Shown here piece after piece: positions 1 to 9,535 of a stretch of 64,000 nucleotides of DNA. The translations under genes and the position numbers were made by a program. The stretch comes from an uncultured virus (IMG/VR IMGVR_UViG_3300024259_000022) (lineage: Duplodnaviria > Heunggongvirae > Uroviricota > Caudoviricetes): the IMG/VR virus record IMGVR_UViG_3300024259_000022. One strand, 5' to 3'. The notes below the pieces were generated by a model that did no database searches, was not told the DNA's origin, and saw only the letters and a list, made by a program, of their open reading frames with translations. Positions within the stretch are counted from its first letter, which is position 1. Every line of letters begins with the position of its first letter.

Positions 1-211
1 CTTTGCCAGAATCTTTATAAGCTTTAGCTAGTGCATTGGCCGCACCTTTAACACTACCATAATCACGAACAAGATCTTGAATGGTTCTTCCAGTTTTTTT
101 ATTATGTTTGGCGACCTCTTTAACGCCTCTTATAACATCTTCAACACCTTCGCTTGATAGCGATACTTTTAAATCTGTGTTAAATTGGATATCTAGATTA
201 TCTTCTGCCAT
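1..211 (-). CDS. Probable tape measure protein, N-terminus (runs off the window)
   Basis: ATG at 211; open frame MAEDNLDIQFNTDLKVSLSSEGVEDVIRGVKEVAK...; lies downstream of the tail tube and tail assembly chaperones. Confidence 0.6.
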   Translation of the reverse strand, partial: MAEDNLDIQFNTDLKVSLSSEGVEDVIRGVKEVAKHNKKTGRTIQDLVRDYGSVKGAANALAKAYKDSGK

Positions 212-378
212 AATTTGACTCTCTAAAAAATGTTTATTGTATAATTAAAAATACTAATTTTTATACAATATACCTCTATTTATATATTATCGATATATAT
301 TAAAAATAAAAGAGGATATTATTACTTAATTATTTAATATTAAGTAGTTAAGTAATTTTATAAGGATTAAGGACTAAA

Positions 379-555
379 ATGAATAATAAAATAAATGTAA
401 CGATAAGAATGGAAAAAGACAAAATAGAAGATTTAAAAGAAATAGCTAGAAAAAGAAGCTATAAAGAAAAAATCAACATTACATATAATGACCTTATTGT
501 ATCATCAACTCTAAAGGAATATTTTAATGAAAAACCAACTAAAAAATCACTATGA
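379..555 (+). CDS. Small ribbon-helix-helix DNA-binding protein (58 aa, not in ORF track)
   Basis: MNNKINVTIRMEKDKIEDLKEIARKRSYKEKINITYNDLIVSSTLKEY..; AAGGA RBS; overlaps the start of the HNH gene. Confidence 0.65.
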   Translation: MNNKINVTIRMEKDKIEDLKEIARKRSYKEKINITYNDLIVSSTLKEYFNEKPTKKSL

Positions 556-1525
556 AAATATAGTTAAATCTGAATGGAATTATAAAAAAAATAATGAGCT
601 AGGAATATATCCTCAAGATATAACCTACAGTAGCAATAAGAAAATTTGGTGGATTTGCCACAAATATCACGAGTGGCAACGCTCCCCTAATAGTAGAAAA
701 AATCCCAATTCTATTTGCCCTTATTGCTCTGGTCGAAAAGCATGTAAAGATAATTGTTTATCAACAACTCACCCAGATTTAGCTAAAGAGTGGCATCCAA
801 CTAAAAATAAAAACCTAACTCCAGAAAATACAACTTACCTCACTTCTAAAAAAATATGGTGGAAATGTGCAAAAGGGCACGAATATATGCAAACAACAAA
901 CAATAGAAGCGGAAATAGAACATATGGATGTCCGTATTGTTCTGGTAAAATATTTTGTAAAGATTGCTCCCTATCAGCAACTCATCCAGATTTAGCTAAA
1001 GAGTGGCATCTAACTAAAAATAAAAACCTAACACCAGACGATGTATCCCGCAGTCAGCAAATAAAAGTATGGTGGATGTGTTCAAAAGGACATGAATGGA
1101 AAACCTCAATTGCTTTAAGATCTTGTGGTAGAAAATGCATATGTCCAACATGCGCTACGGCTAATAGATCTGGAAAAAATCATCCCAATTACAATCCTAA
1201 TTTGACCAACCAAGACAGACTTTCGAGAAGAGATATAAAAGAGTGCGTTATTTGGAGAAAAGAAATTTTTGTGAGAGATGATTATACTTGCCGAATATGC
1301 GATGTTAGAGGAGGTCCTCTAGTATCTCACCATCTAATGGGTTGGAGAGATAATCCCGATCTTAGATTTGACAATAAAAATGGAGTTACTATATGCAAAA
1401 ATTGCCATCTTAATTTTCATAAAATTTATGGAAAAGGAAGCAATACACTTCAACAATTTATAGAATATAAAAGAGCATATAATATTTCACTATTAGCCGA
1501 AAATAGATCCTGTCTCAGCATCTAG
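527..1525 (+). CDS. HNH homing endonuclease with three zinc-ribbon repeats (DUF4379-like)
   Basis: Repeated WWxCxxGHEW..CPYC units; C-terminal RDDYTCRIC..HH..NGVTICKNCH HNH domain. Confidence 0.85.
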   Translation: MKNQLKNHYENIVKSEWNYKKNNELGIYPQDITYSSNKKIWWICHKYHEWQRSPNSRKNPNSICPYCSGRKACKDNCLSTTHPDLAKEWHPTKNKNLTPENTTYLTSKKIWWKCAKGHEYMQTTNNRSGNRTYGCPYCSGKIFCKDCSLSATHPDLAKEWHLTKNKNLTPDDVSRSQQIKVWWMCSKGHEWKTSIALRSCGRKCICPTCATANRSGKNHPNYNPNLTNQDRLSRRDIKECVIWRKEIFVRDDYTCRICDVRGGPLVSHHLMGWRDNPDLRFDNKNGVTICKNCHLNFHKIYGKGSNTLQQFIEYKRAYNISLLAENRSCLSI

Positions 1526-1900
1526 TTGTATTGTGATAGCTTGTGCGATTACAGGATGAAGCGATCTAATATCCTCTTCTGTAGGTTTTTCATCTTCACC
1601 TTTTAAATTCCAACTTTTAATAAGAGCTACAATCTTATTAAAAGATGCTAAAATAGGATTAAAACTAACTCCTCTTGTCTCATTAACACTAAAAATAGAA
1701 TCATAAAGCTCTAGGGAAGTACCAAATGACGGTCTTTTAAAAACTGCTTTATAATCCTGCACTTCCATATCTTCAGATCCCTGAATAGATTCATTTAATG
1801 ACTCTCTATTGAGATCGCAAAAAATAGTTCCCTTCTTATCTGTCGCAACTGTAAATCCTATAGTAAATTCTTCATTTTCCTGTATAAATAAATTTTGCAT
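1493..1900 (-). CDS. Tail assembly chaperone-like protein (paralog of 2127..2561)
   Basis: IKSWNL..PTEEDIRSLHP resembles LKAWNL..VSEDAIDKLPG; lies between the chaperones and tape measure gene. Confidence 0.55.
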   Translation of the reverse strand: MQNLFIQENEEFTIGFTVATDKKGTIFCDLNRESLNESIQGSEDMEVQDYKAVFKRPSFGTSLELYDSIFSVNETRGVSFNPILASFNKIVALIKSWNLKGEDEKPTEEDIRSLHPVIAQAITIQLDAETGSIFG

Positions 1901-1902
1901 TA

Positions 1903-2124
1903 TTATCTCCTTTTTGCTTTTCTATTAGCAGCTTCAATTTCTTTATTCTTAACATTATTATAAATCGACAAAACGTGTAAAACACCTTTTATCTTTTTGG
2001 GATTTTGTCTATCTATCTCATCAGGCAACCAATTAAACTCTTTTGCTAATGAAAAGTAAGTCATTGCCCTAGGGACTGGTCTAACCGTTATATTACGGCC
2101 ACGAGCATATTCTGCCGCAGCCAT
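1903..2124 (-). CDS. Tail assembly chaperone T segment (reached by -1 frameshift)
   Basis: LAKEFNWLPDEID motif; in the -1 frame relative to the upstream gene. Confidence 0.7.
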   Translation of the reverse strand: MAAAEYARGRNITVRPVPRAMTYFSLAKEFNWLPDEIDRQNPKKIKGVLHVLSIYNNVKNKEIEAANRKAKRR

Positions 2125-2126
2125 AG

Positions 2127-2561
2127 TTAGTTTCCCATTTCTTCCTCATTAAATTCTATATACTTCTCAAACTTCTGATAAATATCTACTACAACAGGCC
2201 CAGGCAATTTATCAATAGCATCTTCTGAAACAGGAACTGGTTTTTCATTTATGGTCAAATTCCAAGCTTTTAAGCATTTTTTTATAATAGCATCACGATA
2301 TACTAAAAAATTAAACTGCTTTTCACCTGTTATAGGATCAACTGCCTTAGAAGAAGCATTCATAACTTCATTCTGCTCCTTCCAATTTAACATAGCCCAT
2401 TGTGTCTCAAGAACTTCAACCTCTTTTGCTTTTTCTTCATCTGACAGCATTTCTTCTGCCTTTTTTTCACTTAAAATAACTAGTTTCCTACCATTACCTA
2501 CTTTGATATACTTGTAGTGCAACTTTATTTCCATTAAATCAATACTATCTAATAACGACAT
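2127..2561 (-). CDS. Tail assembly chaperone (gpG-like)
   Basis: Directly follows the tail tube gene; ends with slippery G GGA AAC TAA. Confidence 0.75.
   Translation of the reverse strand: MSLLDSIDLMEIKLHYKYIKVGNGRKLVILSEKKAEEMLSDEEKAKEVEVLETQWAMLNWKEQNEVMNASSKAVDPITGEKQFNFLVYRDAIIKKCLKAWNLTINEKPVPVSEDAIDKLPGPVVVDIYQKFEKYIEFNEEEMGN
2130..2136 (-). promoter_or_regulatory. -1 programmed ribosomal frameshift heptamer GGGAAAC
   Basis: ATG GGA AAC TAA; the -1 frame reads GGG AAA CTA ACT ATG GCT.. into ORF 1903..2124. Confidence 0.8.
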
Positions 2562-2706
2562 ATTATTCTCCTTAAAAAATAACGTCCAAAAATTATTATA
2601 TTAAAACGATTACTTCAATTCTTTAGTCCTTAAATATATCGGAAAAAGAATGAAAAAATCTTAAGATGTGTAAAAATGGGGAAAGAAAAGGGAGAGTATG
2701 AATGTA

Positions 2707-2745
2707 AAAAAGATGAAAGAGAGCATAACTCCCTTTCATCTTTTT
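2707..2745. terminator. Intrinsic terminator (possibly bidirectional) after the tail tube gene
   Basis: AAAAAGATGAAAG..CTTTCATCTTTTT inverted repeat with A/T tails. Confidence 0.7.
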
Positions 2746-2752
2746 ATTAATA

Positions 2753-3841
2753 TTATACTGTTGAAGGTGGATAAGTAAATACAGCGTCACCAACAGTAAG
2801 AAGAGGATCACAAACACCTGTTCCTGCTGATGGCAATGAATGCCAATTAATAGTAGACTCAAAAATGTCATTTGTAAGACTTAAAGTTTCAATCTCATAT
2901 AGCACATTTGGAAGAGTAACATTAAATGTTGAAGCTGAACATCCTTCGCCTCCATCTGTTGTATTATAACCAAACAAAATATTTGACGTTTCTGTACAGT
3001 TATCTTGATTCTTTAATGCTACATCAGAAAGATTTGGATGCCTACCAATAAGTGTCATACTTCCTGTAACATCTCTTTTACGAGGTGCGATATGCTGAGG
3101 AGCAAGCACAGTATTTAAAGAATAGAAACGCTCAGCATCATTAGCAATGTTACATTCAAACGTTCTTATATATTGACCACCAATAGCAGAGGTGATTCTT
3201 CCACCACTCAACTCAACACGAGCGTCATTCCATGTAACAATTCTTGATGTTCCAATTGATCCTGCTGCAGTAGAGTCTGCTTCTCCAGGCACGCAATTAG
3301 GCAACTGTTTTCTTGGTGGAGTGACTATTTCTGCTGGCTCACGATCGATGCCGATTACATCAATATCACATGTGACAACATCTGATTGAGCAACTGAAAA
3401 TTTCCAGTTATTAACAATACACCCTACATATTTAAAATCAGCATTACCTGAAGCGTCATATTTTACGTTCATAGCGAAAGGACTTAATTCCCCATTCGGA
3501 TCACGAGTTACAGCATACCTATACATTATTTCAAATAAAGTTTTATCTGATACAGTAGAAGCTGGAACCTCATACAAAACAGGAAAAGACATACTTCCAT
3601 CTACAAGTTTTGGTCCTAACTGATAAACAGACCTATCATAACGGCTATCAACTACATCAGGTTTTGTAATTTCCTGTGTTAGATTAATATCGGCTGATGT
3701 CGCTCTAATGAGATAAGGATCGTGAGTAATAGTAGAATTGGCATCTATTCCATTACCATTTATCGTCCCTCCTACGATTTTAACAAATCCTACATAACCC
3801 ATAAAAGCTCTAGGATTATTTAAAAAAGGTTGTGTTGCCAT
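2753..3841 (-). CDS. Major tail tube protein
   Basis: 362 aa beta-rich; tube-like motifs (GPKLVDGSMSF, RKRDVTGSMTL); synteny before chaperones; strong RBS and terminator. Confidence 0.75.
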   Translation of the reverse strand: MATQPFLNNPRAFMGYVGFVKIVGGTINGNGIDANSTITHDPYLIRATSADINLTQEITKPDVVDSRYDRSVYQLGPKLVDGSMSFPVLYEVPASTVSDKTLFEIMYRYAVTRDPNGELSPFAMNVKYDASGNADFKYVGCIVNNWKFSVAQSDVVTCDIDVIGIDREPAEIVTPPRKQLPNCVPGEADSTAAGSIGTSRIVTWNDARVELSGGRITSAIGGQYIRTFECNIANDAERFYSLNTVLAPQHIAPRKRDVTGSMTLIGRHPNLSDVALKNQDNCTETSNILFGYNTTDGGEGCSASTFNVTLPNVLYEIETLSLTNDIFESTINWHSLPSAGTGVCDPLLTVGDAVFTYPPSTV

Positions 3842-3873
3842 TTTTCTCTCCCTTTAATTATTTATTATTATTT

Positions 3874-4320
3874 TTAAACTGTTGTCCAGTTAGTAGTAAC
3901 ATAACCAGCATCGGTGCTAATATCAGCCCAACCAGAAGGACAAGCTCCGCCAGTCCAATGACCAGCCATATCTCCATTAATCCAATTGTCTAATTTTGTT
4001 TGAGTATCAGCACCAGGCCCATTTGCAACAACATGGTTATTAACTGCTCTTACAGCATCTAACAAATTAGCAATATTACTTGCTATACCTAAAGATGAAG
4101 TATAAGCAATATTAAAAGGTGTTAGAAGAGCTAGTTCTATTTCAAGAGCCGCATCTGCATCAGCAACAGATGGTGTAGCATCTGGATACGTAGTAGTATC
4201 TACATCAACAACTGCATCTAAAGCAACTCTTGCGTTAGCTGCGACTCCTGACAAACTAGTATCAATTGATGCATACGCGTCTGCTATACTTCTGTAAAGA
4301 TCTCTATCTATTTGAGCCAT
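3874..4320 (-). CDS. Probable virion structural protein (MAQID domain, paralog of the N-terminus of 32978..34168)
   Basis: Shares SGVAANAR.ALD..VDVDTTTYPD.TPSVADADAALEIE with the 34168 gene; own late-type promoter. Confidence 0.55.
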   Translation of the reverse strand: MAQIDRDLYRSIADAYASIDTSLSGVAANARVALDAVVDVDTTTYPDATPSVADADAALEIELALLTPFNIAYTSSLGIASNIANLLDAVRAVNNHVVANGPGADTQTKLDNWINGDMAGHWTGGACPSGWADISTDAGYVTTNWTTV

Positions 4321-4356
4321 TATGATTCTCCTATGAATTTGCTTTTATATATTAAT

Positions 4357-4383
4357 ATTCTTAAAATTATTATTATTACCTTT
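4357..4383 (-). promoter_or_regulatory. SigmaH-like promoter for the tail tube operon
   Basis: AAAGGTAAT-14 nt-GAAT. Confidence 0.6.
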
Positions 4384-4446
4384 TTATTTTTATTTTATAC
4401 TCTTATTATTTCACTTATTATTTAATTTTCCTCTTTTATTTTTAGA

Positions 4447-5367
4447 TTATCTTAATTTTGGCTCAGATCTTCTTAGGAATTGTATTTCTTCTTCTTCTGC
4501 AAACCAGCTAATTTTAGCTGCCTTGAGTAACTCTCCCTTATGTATACTGCCGTAATCAATATTATCAGGCCACGAATTAAAGACATGTCTTGTAGGCACT
4601 ATTATATTCGTATCAGAAGCATTAAAATCAAATTGAGCACAATCTGATAATCTAGCAGCTTGCTGAGATGGATCTTCTTCATTATCGTATATAGCAACAA
4701 CCCAATTTTCTTGGCTTTCATATGTATCTTCTATTATTATTCTTGAATAAGTTTCAAATAAACTTCTATTATTAACATAAATAGTTAAATCACCTGCTGT
4801 TATATCCTGAGCTAAAGAAGTTAAATTATACTCACTTACTAAAGGCATTATATTATACTTTAACCCCTTTTGAATCTCATCAGCCATAGCCATACAAAAT
4901 CTATAAGCTTCTTCATGAGTGCCTCCCTTAACATATATAGTCACTTCTATCTGATATCTCTCCTTAGTACTTTCTAATGTTAGCCATTCAGAACTCCTAC
5001 TCACACCATTTACGGTAATAGCAGGATAACGTGGGATTACATCTGGCTCACCTATATAAATTCCTTGAACAAATTGCTCATTAATAGTTTTTATTAAAAC
5101 CGTATTTTCAGATACTGCCCAATCATTTAGAACAGGAGTCGTTAAAGTTATTAACCCAGCTACCGAATCAACAGAATCTACGATAAGACCAGTTTCATAA
5201 ACTGTGCTATTTTTCAACATAACTTGATCACCAGCAGTAAATCTGCGAGAAGATTGAACACAGATTACCGTATCTCCTCTAGTCACATTTAACTGTATTC
5301 GAGTAGAAGTATTAACCCATTTATATATTATTCTTCTAACACTATCTAATATTTCTTCCATAGCCAT
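4447..5367 (-). CDS. Tail terminator/completion-like protein with inserted beta domains
   Basis: IYIGEPDVIPRYPAITV..YQIEVTIYVK..MADEIQKGL pattern typical of tail terminators; synteny. Confidence 0.55.
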   Translation of the reverse strand: MAMEEILDSVRRIIYKWVNTSTRIQLNVTRGDTVICVQSSRRFTAGDQVMLKNSTVYETGLIVDSVDSVAGLITLTTPVLNDWAVSENTVLIKTINEQFVQGIYIGEPDVIPRYPAITVNGVSRSSEWLTLESTKERYQIEVTIYVKGGTHEEAYRFCMAMADEIQKGLKYNIMPLVSEYNLTSLAQDITAGDLTIYVNNRSLFETYSRIIIEDTYESQENWVVAIYDNEEDPSQQAARLSDCAQFDFNASDTNIIVPTRHVFNSWPDNIDYGSIHKGELLKAAKISWFAEEEEIQFLRRSEPKLR

Positions 5368-5372
5368 ATTAG

Positions 5373-5627
5373 TTACCCTTTGCCAAACATTTTTGCTATT
5401 TCTCTTCTAGCAATTTCTTTAATAATATCTTTCTTTGTTATCGCATACTCTTCTGGAGGAACATCCATCTTCTCATGCTTTAAATGCTGCTCTACCATAT
5501 GGTTTACCCACGCCCCCTTATCAGTATTAGAAAGTCTTGTTTTAATAAACTCACTTTCTTCTCCCACAACTTTACCATCTATATTTTTAATATTTTCCAA
5601 TTTTTTTATAAAATCTTCAACTCCCAT
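5373..5627 (-). CDS. Hypothetical protein (neck region)
   Basis: ORF translationally coupled to neighbouring genes. Confidence 0.5.
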   Translation of the reverse strand: MGVEDFIKKLENIKNIDGKVVGEESEFIKTRLSNTDKGAWVNHMVEQHLKHEKMDVPPEEYAITKKDIIKEIARREIAKMFGKG

Positions 5628-6358
5628 TATTTCATCTGCTTCCTACCTTTTTCTATCGTTCCTCCACTAGGTAGAGCATACTGATCAACAAGATTTGGAT
5701 TATAAAATCTACGACCTATCCTCTGCTGACCGTGTAAAATAATAGTTCCACTCAAAATATCATTTATTCTATCATAAGCTAGCCCTCTTAAACTCTCTCC
5801 AAACTGAGAGGTATTAGGAGAACTCTCTGAAGAGAAATATTTATCATAGATATTAGCTGAAGCAATTCTAGCAGATATAAATCTGATAGGAGTAGGATAT
5901 GCTACTCTTAAAATCCTAGCTCCTGCTGTGAAGGAATACTGAATATCAGTCACTGTCTCAAAAGTATCTCCTCCAGAAATAACTTCACTTATCTCATGAC
6001 GCTCCTCATTAGTTCCATCAGTTATTAAAACTATATCTCCAGCAGCTAACGGGCAATACGTTTCTAAAACGATATAATTATTGTTAGATGGATCAAGATC
6101 TGAATATAGAGTAGTTTCGAAATCAACTTTTTCACAAAAAGGAGATGAATATAATTGGCTTAAAATACCATCTATTTCGCTATCAGCCAGTTGTATGTAA
6201 TAATTAATATTATCAGTAGTTACTAGATTTTTGTCCAAAGTATTTCCTATATTTATCAAATCTTGAAGAGTGCCCAATGAGTCCGTAGTTTGGGCGGTTG
6301 CACTGGTGAGAGCTTGAGCTATAGTCTTTGTTATATCTGCTTCTGTCGAGTACCCCAT
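5627..6358 (-). CDS. Head-tail adaptor, Mu gp36/DUF1320-like
   Basis: MGYSTEADI..IQLADSEIDGILSQLY..P..IRFISARIA..LNDILSGTIIL-type pattern. Confidence 0.65.
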   Translation of the reverse strand: MGYSTEADITKTIAQALTSATAQTTDSLGTLQDLINIGNTLDKNLVTTDNINYYIQLADSEIDGILSQLYSSPFCEKVDFETTLYSDLDPSNNNYIVLETYCPLAAGDIVLITDGTNEERHEISEVISGGDTFETVTDIQYSFTAGARILRVAYPTPIRFISARIASANIYDKYFSSESSPNTSQFGESLRGLAYDRINDILSGTIILHGQQRIGRRFYNPNLVDQYALPSGGTIEKGRKQMK

Positions 6359-6374
6359 TGTTTTACTCCTAAAA

Positions 6375-7292
6375 TTATATTTCTATAAATTCTCTTAATT
6401 GTTTTTTATTATTATTCTTATATCCATATTTCTTATGAAATTTTTTATGACAGCACTCACAAAAAGTCACTCCATTTTTCTCTTTTAATCTCAATTCTAT
6501 ATTTTCCGCGTAATTTTCTATATGGTGAGCATTTAAAGTAGTAGATCCTCTTTTGTCACATTTCTGGCATGTATAATTATTCTTCATAAATACCTTCTTT
6601 ACCCATGCCTTATATTCAGGATATTTTCTTTTTATTCTTCTCTCTTCCTCTGTTAGATTGTGATTATAATTAACATTATTTTTACCAGATATCTTTTCAA
6701 TACCACATTTTTTACATCTATGCCCACTCTTAAAATCATCAAATCTTATTTTTTCGATACTTTTACAACTGCACCTATAACTCATTAAGGTTACAGTATT
6801 GACATATTCTTTTTCTAATAATTCGCAATCATATTTTTTAAAATAATCATAAACATATTCATATGTATGCCTTAAATTTTCTGCCCTTGTTCTTATAGAG
6901 CATTCCATGCATCTACGCCCACTTTTAAAATCACTAAAGCATATCTCACTAACATTTCCACAATTACATCTATATTTCATTTTACTTGAATTATTTATAT
7001 ATTCATCATCCATCAATTCACAATTTCTATCTTCAAAATACTGCCTTACGTACTTATATGTCAATTTTTCCGAGCCGCCACATTTCACACATCTTCTATT
7101 CCTTTTAAAACTATCGAAACTGATTTTTGAACAGTTGCCACATTCGCACATATACCCCATTGGAGTTCTATTGTTTATATATCTTTCCTCTAATAGCTCA
7201 CAGCCATTATCTGAAAAATACCCCTCAACATATTCATATGTGTGTCTTATACCCACTTCATCTCCATAAAAAAAGAAGTTATACGCTTTCAC
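6375..7292 (-). CDS. HNH homing endonuclease with CxC/CxxC repeats
   Basis: Three YxCxC..RCxxC repeats; C-terminal YTCQKC..LNAHHI..NGVTFCECCH. Confidence 0.85.
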   Translation of the reverse strand: MKAYNFFFYGDEVGIRHTYEYVEGYFSDNGCELLEERYINNRTPMGYMCECGNCSKISFDSFKRNRRCVKCGGSEKLTYKYVRQYFEDRNCELMDDEYINNSSKMKYRCNCGNVSEICFSDFKSGRRCMECSIRTRAENLRHTYEYVYDYFKKYDCELLEKEYVNTVTLMSYRCSCKSIEKIRFDDFKSGHRCKKCGIEKISGKNNVNYNHNLTEEERRIKRKYPEYKAWVKKVFMKNNYTCQKCDKRGSTTLNAHHIENYAENIELRLKEKNGVTFCECCHKKFHKKYGYKNNNKKQLREFIEI

Positions 7293-7329
7293 ATATAACT
7301 TCTTAAAATACTGATAGAAACCTTGTTTT

Positions 7330-8397
7330 TTATTCTAACATTTCATCTATTTTCTTGCCCTTAAGCTTCTTCTGAGAAATAATAGCCTGAGTTAATAGGC
7401 CCTTAACCACTGAATTTCTTGGATCTTCTGAAATTTTTACATCTTTAATCTCAAACGGAAGATCTAATTTTCTCACAACAAATTCTACCTTATCTCTAAA
7501 TCCAGGAGGAGACGCTGTTCCTCCAGCCAAACAAATATCAATTGGTCCAGAAAAATCACTTTTTACTTTTTTGTATTCTTTTGCTAAATTACGAAAAGTA
7601 TATTCTATTAAGTTTTGATAATAAACGTTAAGAGCAAAAATAACATCGTCATCAATCATCTCATCAATTTTAGAAAAATCTAATTTAGTTTCTTTGACAC
7701 GAGTAATCTGAGGTAAGGATGAATCTGTATTTTCTGCAACCATTTTATCGATATAATCTCCAGATCTAGTAGACGACATAGAAATAATTGGAAGACCCTT
7801 ATACGCTAAAACAGCATTTACCTTTCCACTCCCAAAACTAATACCTATTCCAGTGTAAGGTATTTCCAATCCATCCGATTCAAGCATTGTGGGACGTTCC
7901 GCAAGAACTACCGCCAACCCTTCGTCTATCTTTTTAGTTTTTAATCCTAATCTCTCAAACATTCCACCCATACGGGCAGCATGGAATTTATCATCAACGT
8001 CATTATCTATAGATTTTCCTGAAGTGCAAAAACATACCAATGAATCATTATCTATATCTTCCTTACCAATTAACGACTCTATTATCTTAGCCATTACTAG
8101 CATCTTTTTTTCCTCTCCTTTGTTTAAAACCCCGTCACGCATGGGCCTACGCAATTCTATACCAGGAAAAATAAGACTACATTTTAGAGAATCCTCTCCA
8201 ATTACGTAATAATTATCACTATCAGAAACATATTGCCATTTATTTTGTCTTAAGACATCTTCTACATCTTGAGTTTCATAATTCTGCAATTCCACAAAAG
8301 AATTTCTCATAGATTTTAACTCTATTTCTCCACTATCATTTTTTTCTGCCACCTGAAAAAACATCGTCCCAGGGTCAAAGCCTATAATTCTAGACAT
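7330..8397 (-). CDS. Actin-fold ATPase (ParM/MamK/MreB-like)
   Basis: Phosphate-1 IGFDPGT, connect-1 IDEGLA, phosphate-2 ISFGSGKVN, adenosine LAGGTA, connect-2 DPRNSVVKG. Confidence 0.8.
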   Translation of the reverse strand: MSRIIGFDPGTMFFQVAEKNDSGEIELKSMRNSFVELQNYETQDVEDVLRQNKWQYVSDSDNYYVIGEDSLKCSLIFPGIELRRPMRDGVLNKGEEKKMLVMAKIIESLIGKEDIDNDSLVCFCTSGKSIDNDVDDKFHAARMGGMFERLGLKTKKIDEGLAVVLAERPTMLESDGLEIPYTGIGISFGSGKVNAVLAYKGLPIISMSSTRSGDYIDKMVAENTDSSLPQITRVKETKLDFSKIDEMIDDDVIFALNVYYQNLIEYTFRNLAKEYKKVKSDFSGPIDICLAGGTASPPGFRDKVEFVVRKLDLPFEIKDVKISEDPRNSVVKGLLTQAIISQKKLKGKKIDEMLE

Positions 8398-9295
8398 TTT
8401 TTACTCCTATTTTTATAAATTCATTATATTGTTCTTTAGTATTATTTTGTCTTCCATATATTTTATGAAAACCCTTGTGACAATCCTCACAAAATGTTAC
8501 TCCATTACTAATTTCTAATCTTAATTCTTTATTTGTGGAATAATTATTAATATGATGAGCATTTAAATATCTCCCTTTTATATTACATTTTTTACAAATA
8601 TAATCATCCCTATCATAAATATCTATTCTCCATTTTTTATATTCTGGATAATTTCTTTTTATTAACCTATCTTCTTTTGTTAAATCCTTATTCCAATTAT
8701 AAGAATTTTTTCCAGAGATCTTCTTAATACCACATCCTCTACACCTTTGACCTTTTATAAAACGATCTAAAGTGATAAAACCAACACTACCACAACTACA
8801 TTTATATTTTAAATTTTGCGAGCTGCCTTCATATTTTTTACCTAACAATTTACATCCTTCTTTTTGAAAAATCTTTTTCACATCATCTGTAGAATATTTT
8901 CTACTTATAGAAACTTTTTCATATCCACATTTTTTACATCGATGACCCTTAACAAAAGAACTTAAAGTAATTCTACTAACAGATCCGCACGAGCACCTAT
9001 AATCCATTAATAAATTTTGGTTCCCATATACATCACTTAGTAATTCACACCCTTCTTTATCAAAGATATCCCTCACCTTATCTATAGAATATTTTCTACT
9101 TTTTGAGATCTTTTCAACCCCGCATCTTTTACATCTACTACCTTTTTTAAAATGATTAAGGCTAATCTTTCCAACTGAAGAACAACTACATCTATATTTT
9201 AAAGGGACGGAGTTATTTATATATGTCTCTTCTATTAATTCACATCCTCCGTCTTCGAATACCTCCTTCACTTCTTCAAGGGTAAGCTTTTTCAT
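8390..9295 (-). CDS. HNH homing endonuclease (paralog of 6375..7292)
   Basis: Same repeat architecture; RDDYICKKC..LNAHHI..NGVTFCEDCH. Confidence 0.85.
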   Translation of the reverse strand: MKKLTLEEVKEVFEDGGCELIEETYINNSVPLKYRCSCSSVGKISLNHFKKGSRCKRCGVEKISKSRKYSIDKVRDIFDKEGCELLSDVYGNQNLLMDYRCSCGSVSRITLSSFVKGHRCKKCGYEKVSISRKYSTDDVKKIFQKEGCKLLGKKYEGSSQNLKYKCSCGSVGFITLDRFIKGQRCRGCGIKKISGKNSYNWNKDLTKEDRLIKRNYPEYKKWRIDIYDRDDYICKKCNIKGRYLNAHHINNYSTNKELRLEISNGVTFCEDCHKGFHKIYGRQNNTKEQYNEFIKIGVKNV

Positions 9296-9462
9296 TTTTG
9301 CGCCTCCGATATATTCCTCTCCTCATTCTCTCTAACATAATCAACGATGAGAGATCTTACTGTTGTAGTGACATTTGAATAATCTCTTTTCACACATTTT
9401 TTAAGCCTATTATATAATTCTTCAGGTATTTCTGCCCTAATCGCTTTCATTTTTTCCATCAT
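9292..9462 (-). CDS. Small ribbon-helix-helix protein (56 aa, not in ORF track)
   Basis: MMEKMKAIRAEIPEELYNRLKKCVKRDYSNVTTTVRSLIVDYV..; GGAG RBS; ATGA overlap with the HNH gene. Confidence 0.7.
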   Translation of the reverse strand: MMEKMKAIRAEIPEELYNRLKKCVKRDYSNVTTTVRSLIVDYVRENEERNISEAQK

Positions 9463-9535
9463 TTTTCTCCAAAATTACAATATCTATACATATATATTGC
9501 AACATACTTTCAATATTCCTTCTTTTATTTAAAAT

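Noticed and set aside
765..1033. ~55-bp near-identical direct repeat as a mobile-element end
   Set aside because: It is the coding duplication of the THPDLAKEWH zinc-ribbon repeat within the HNH gene
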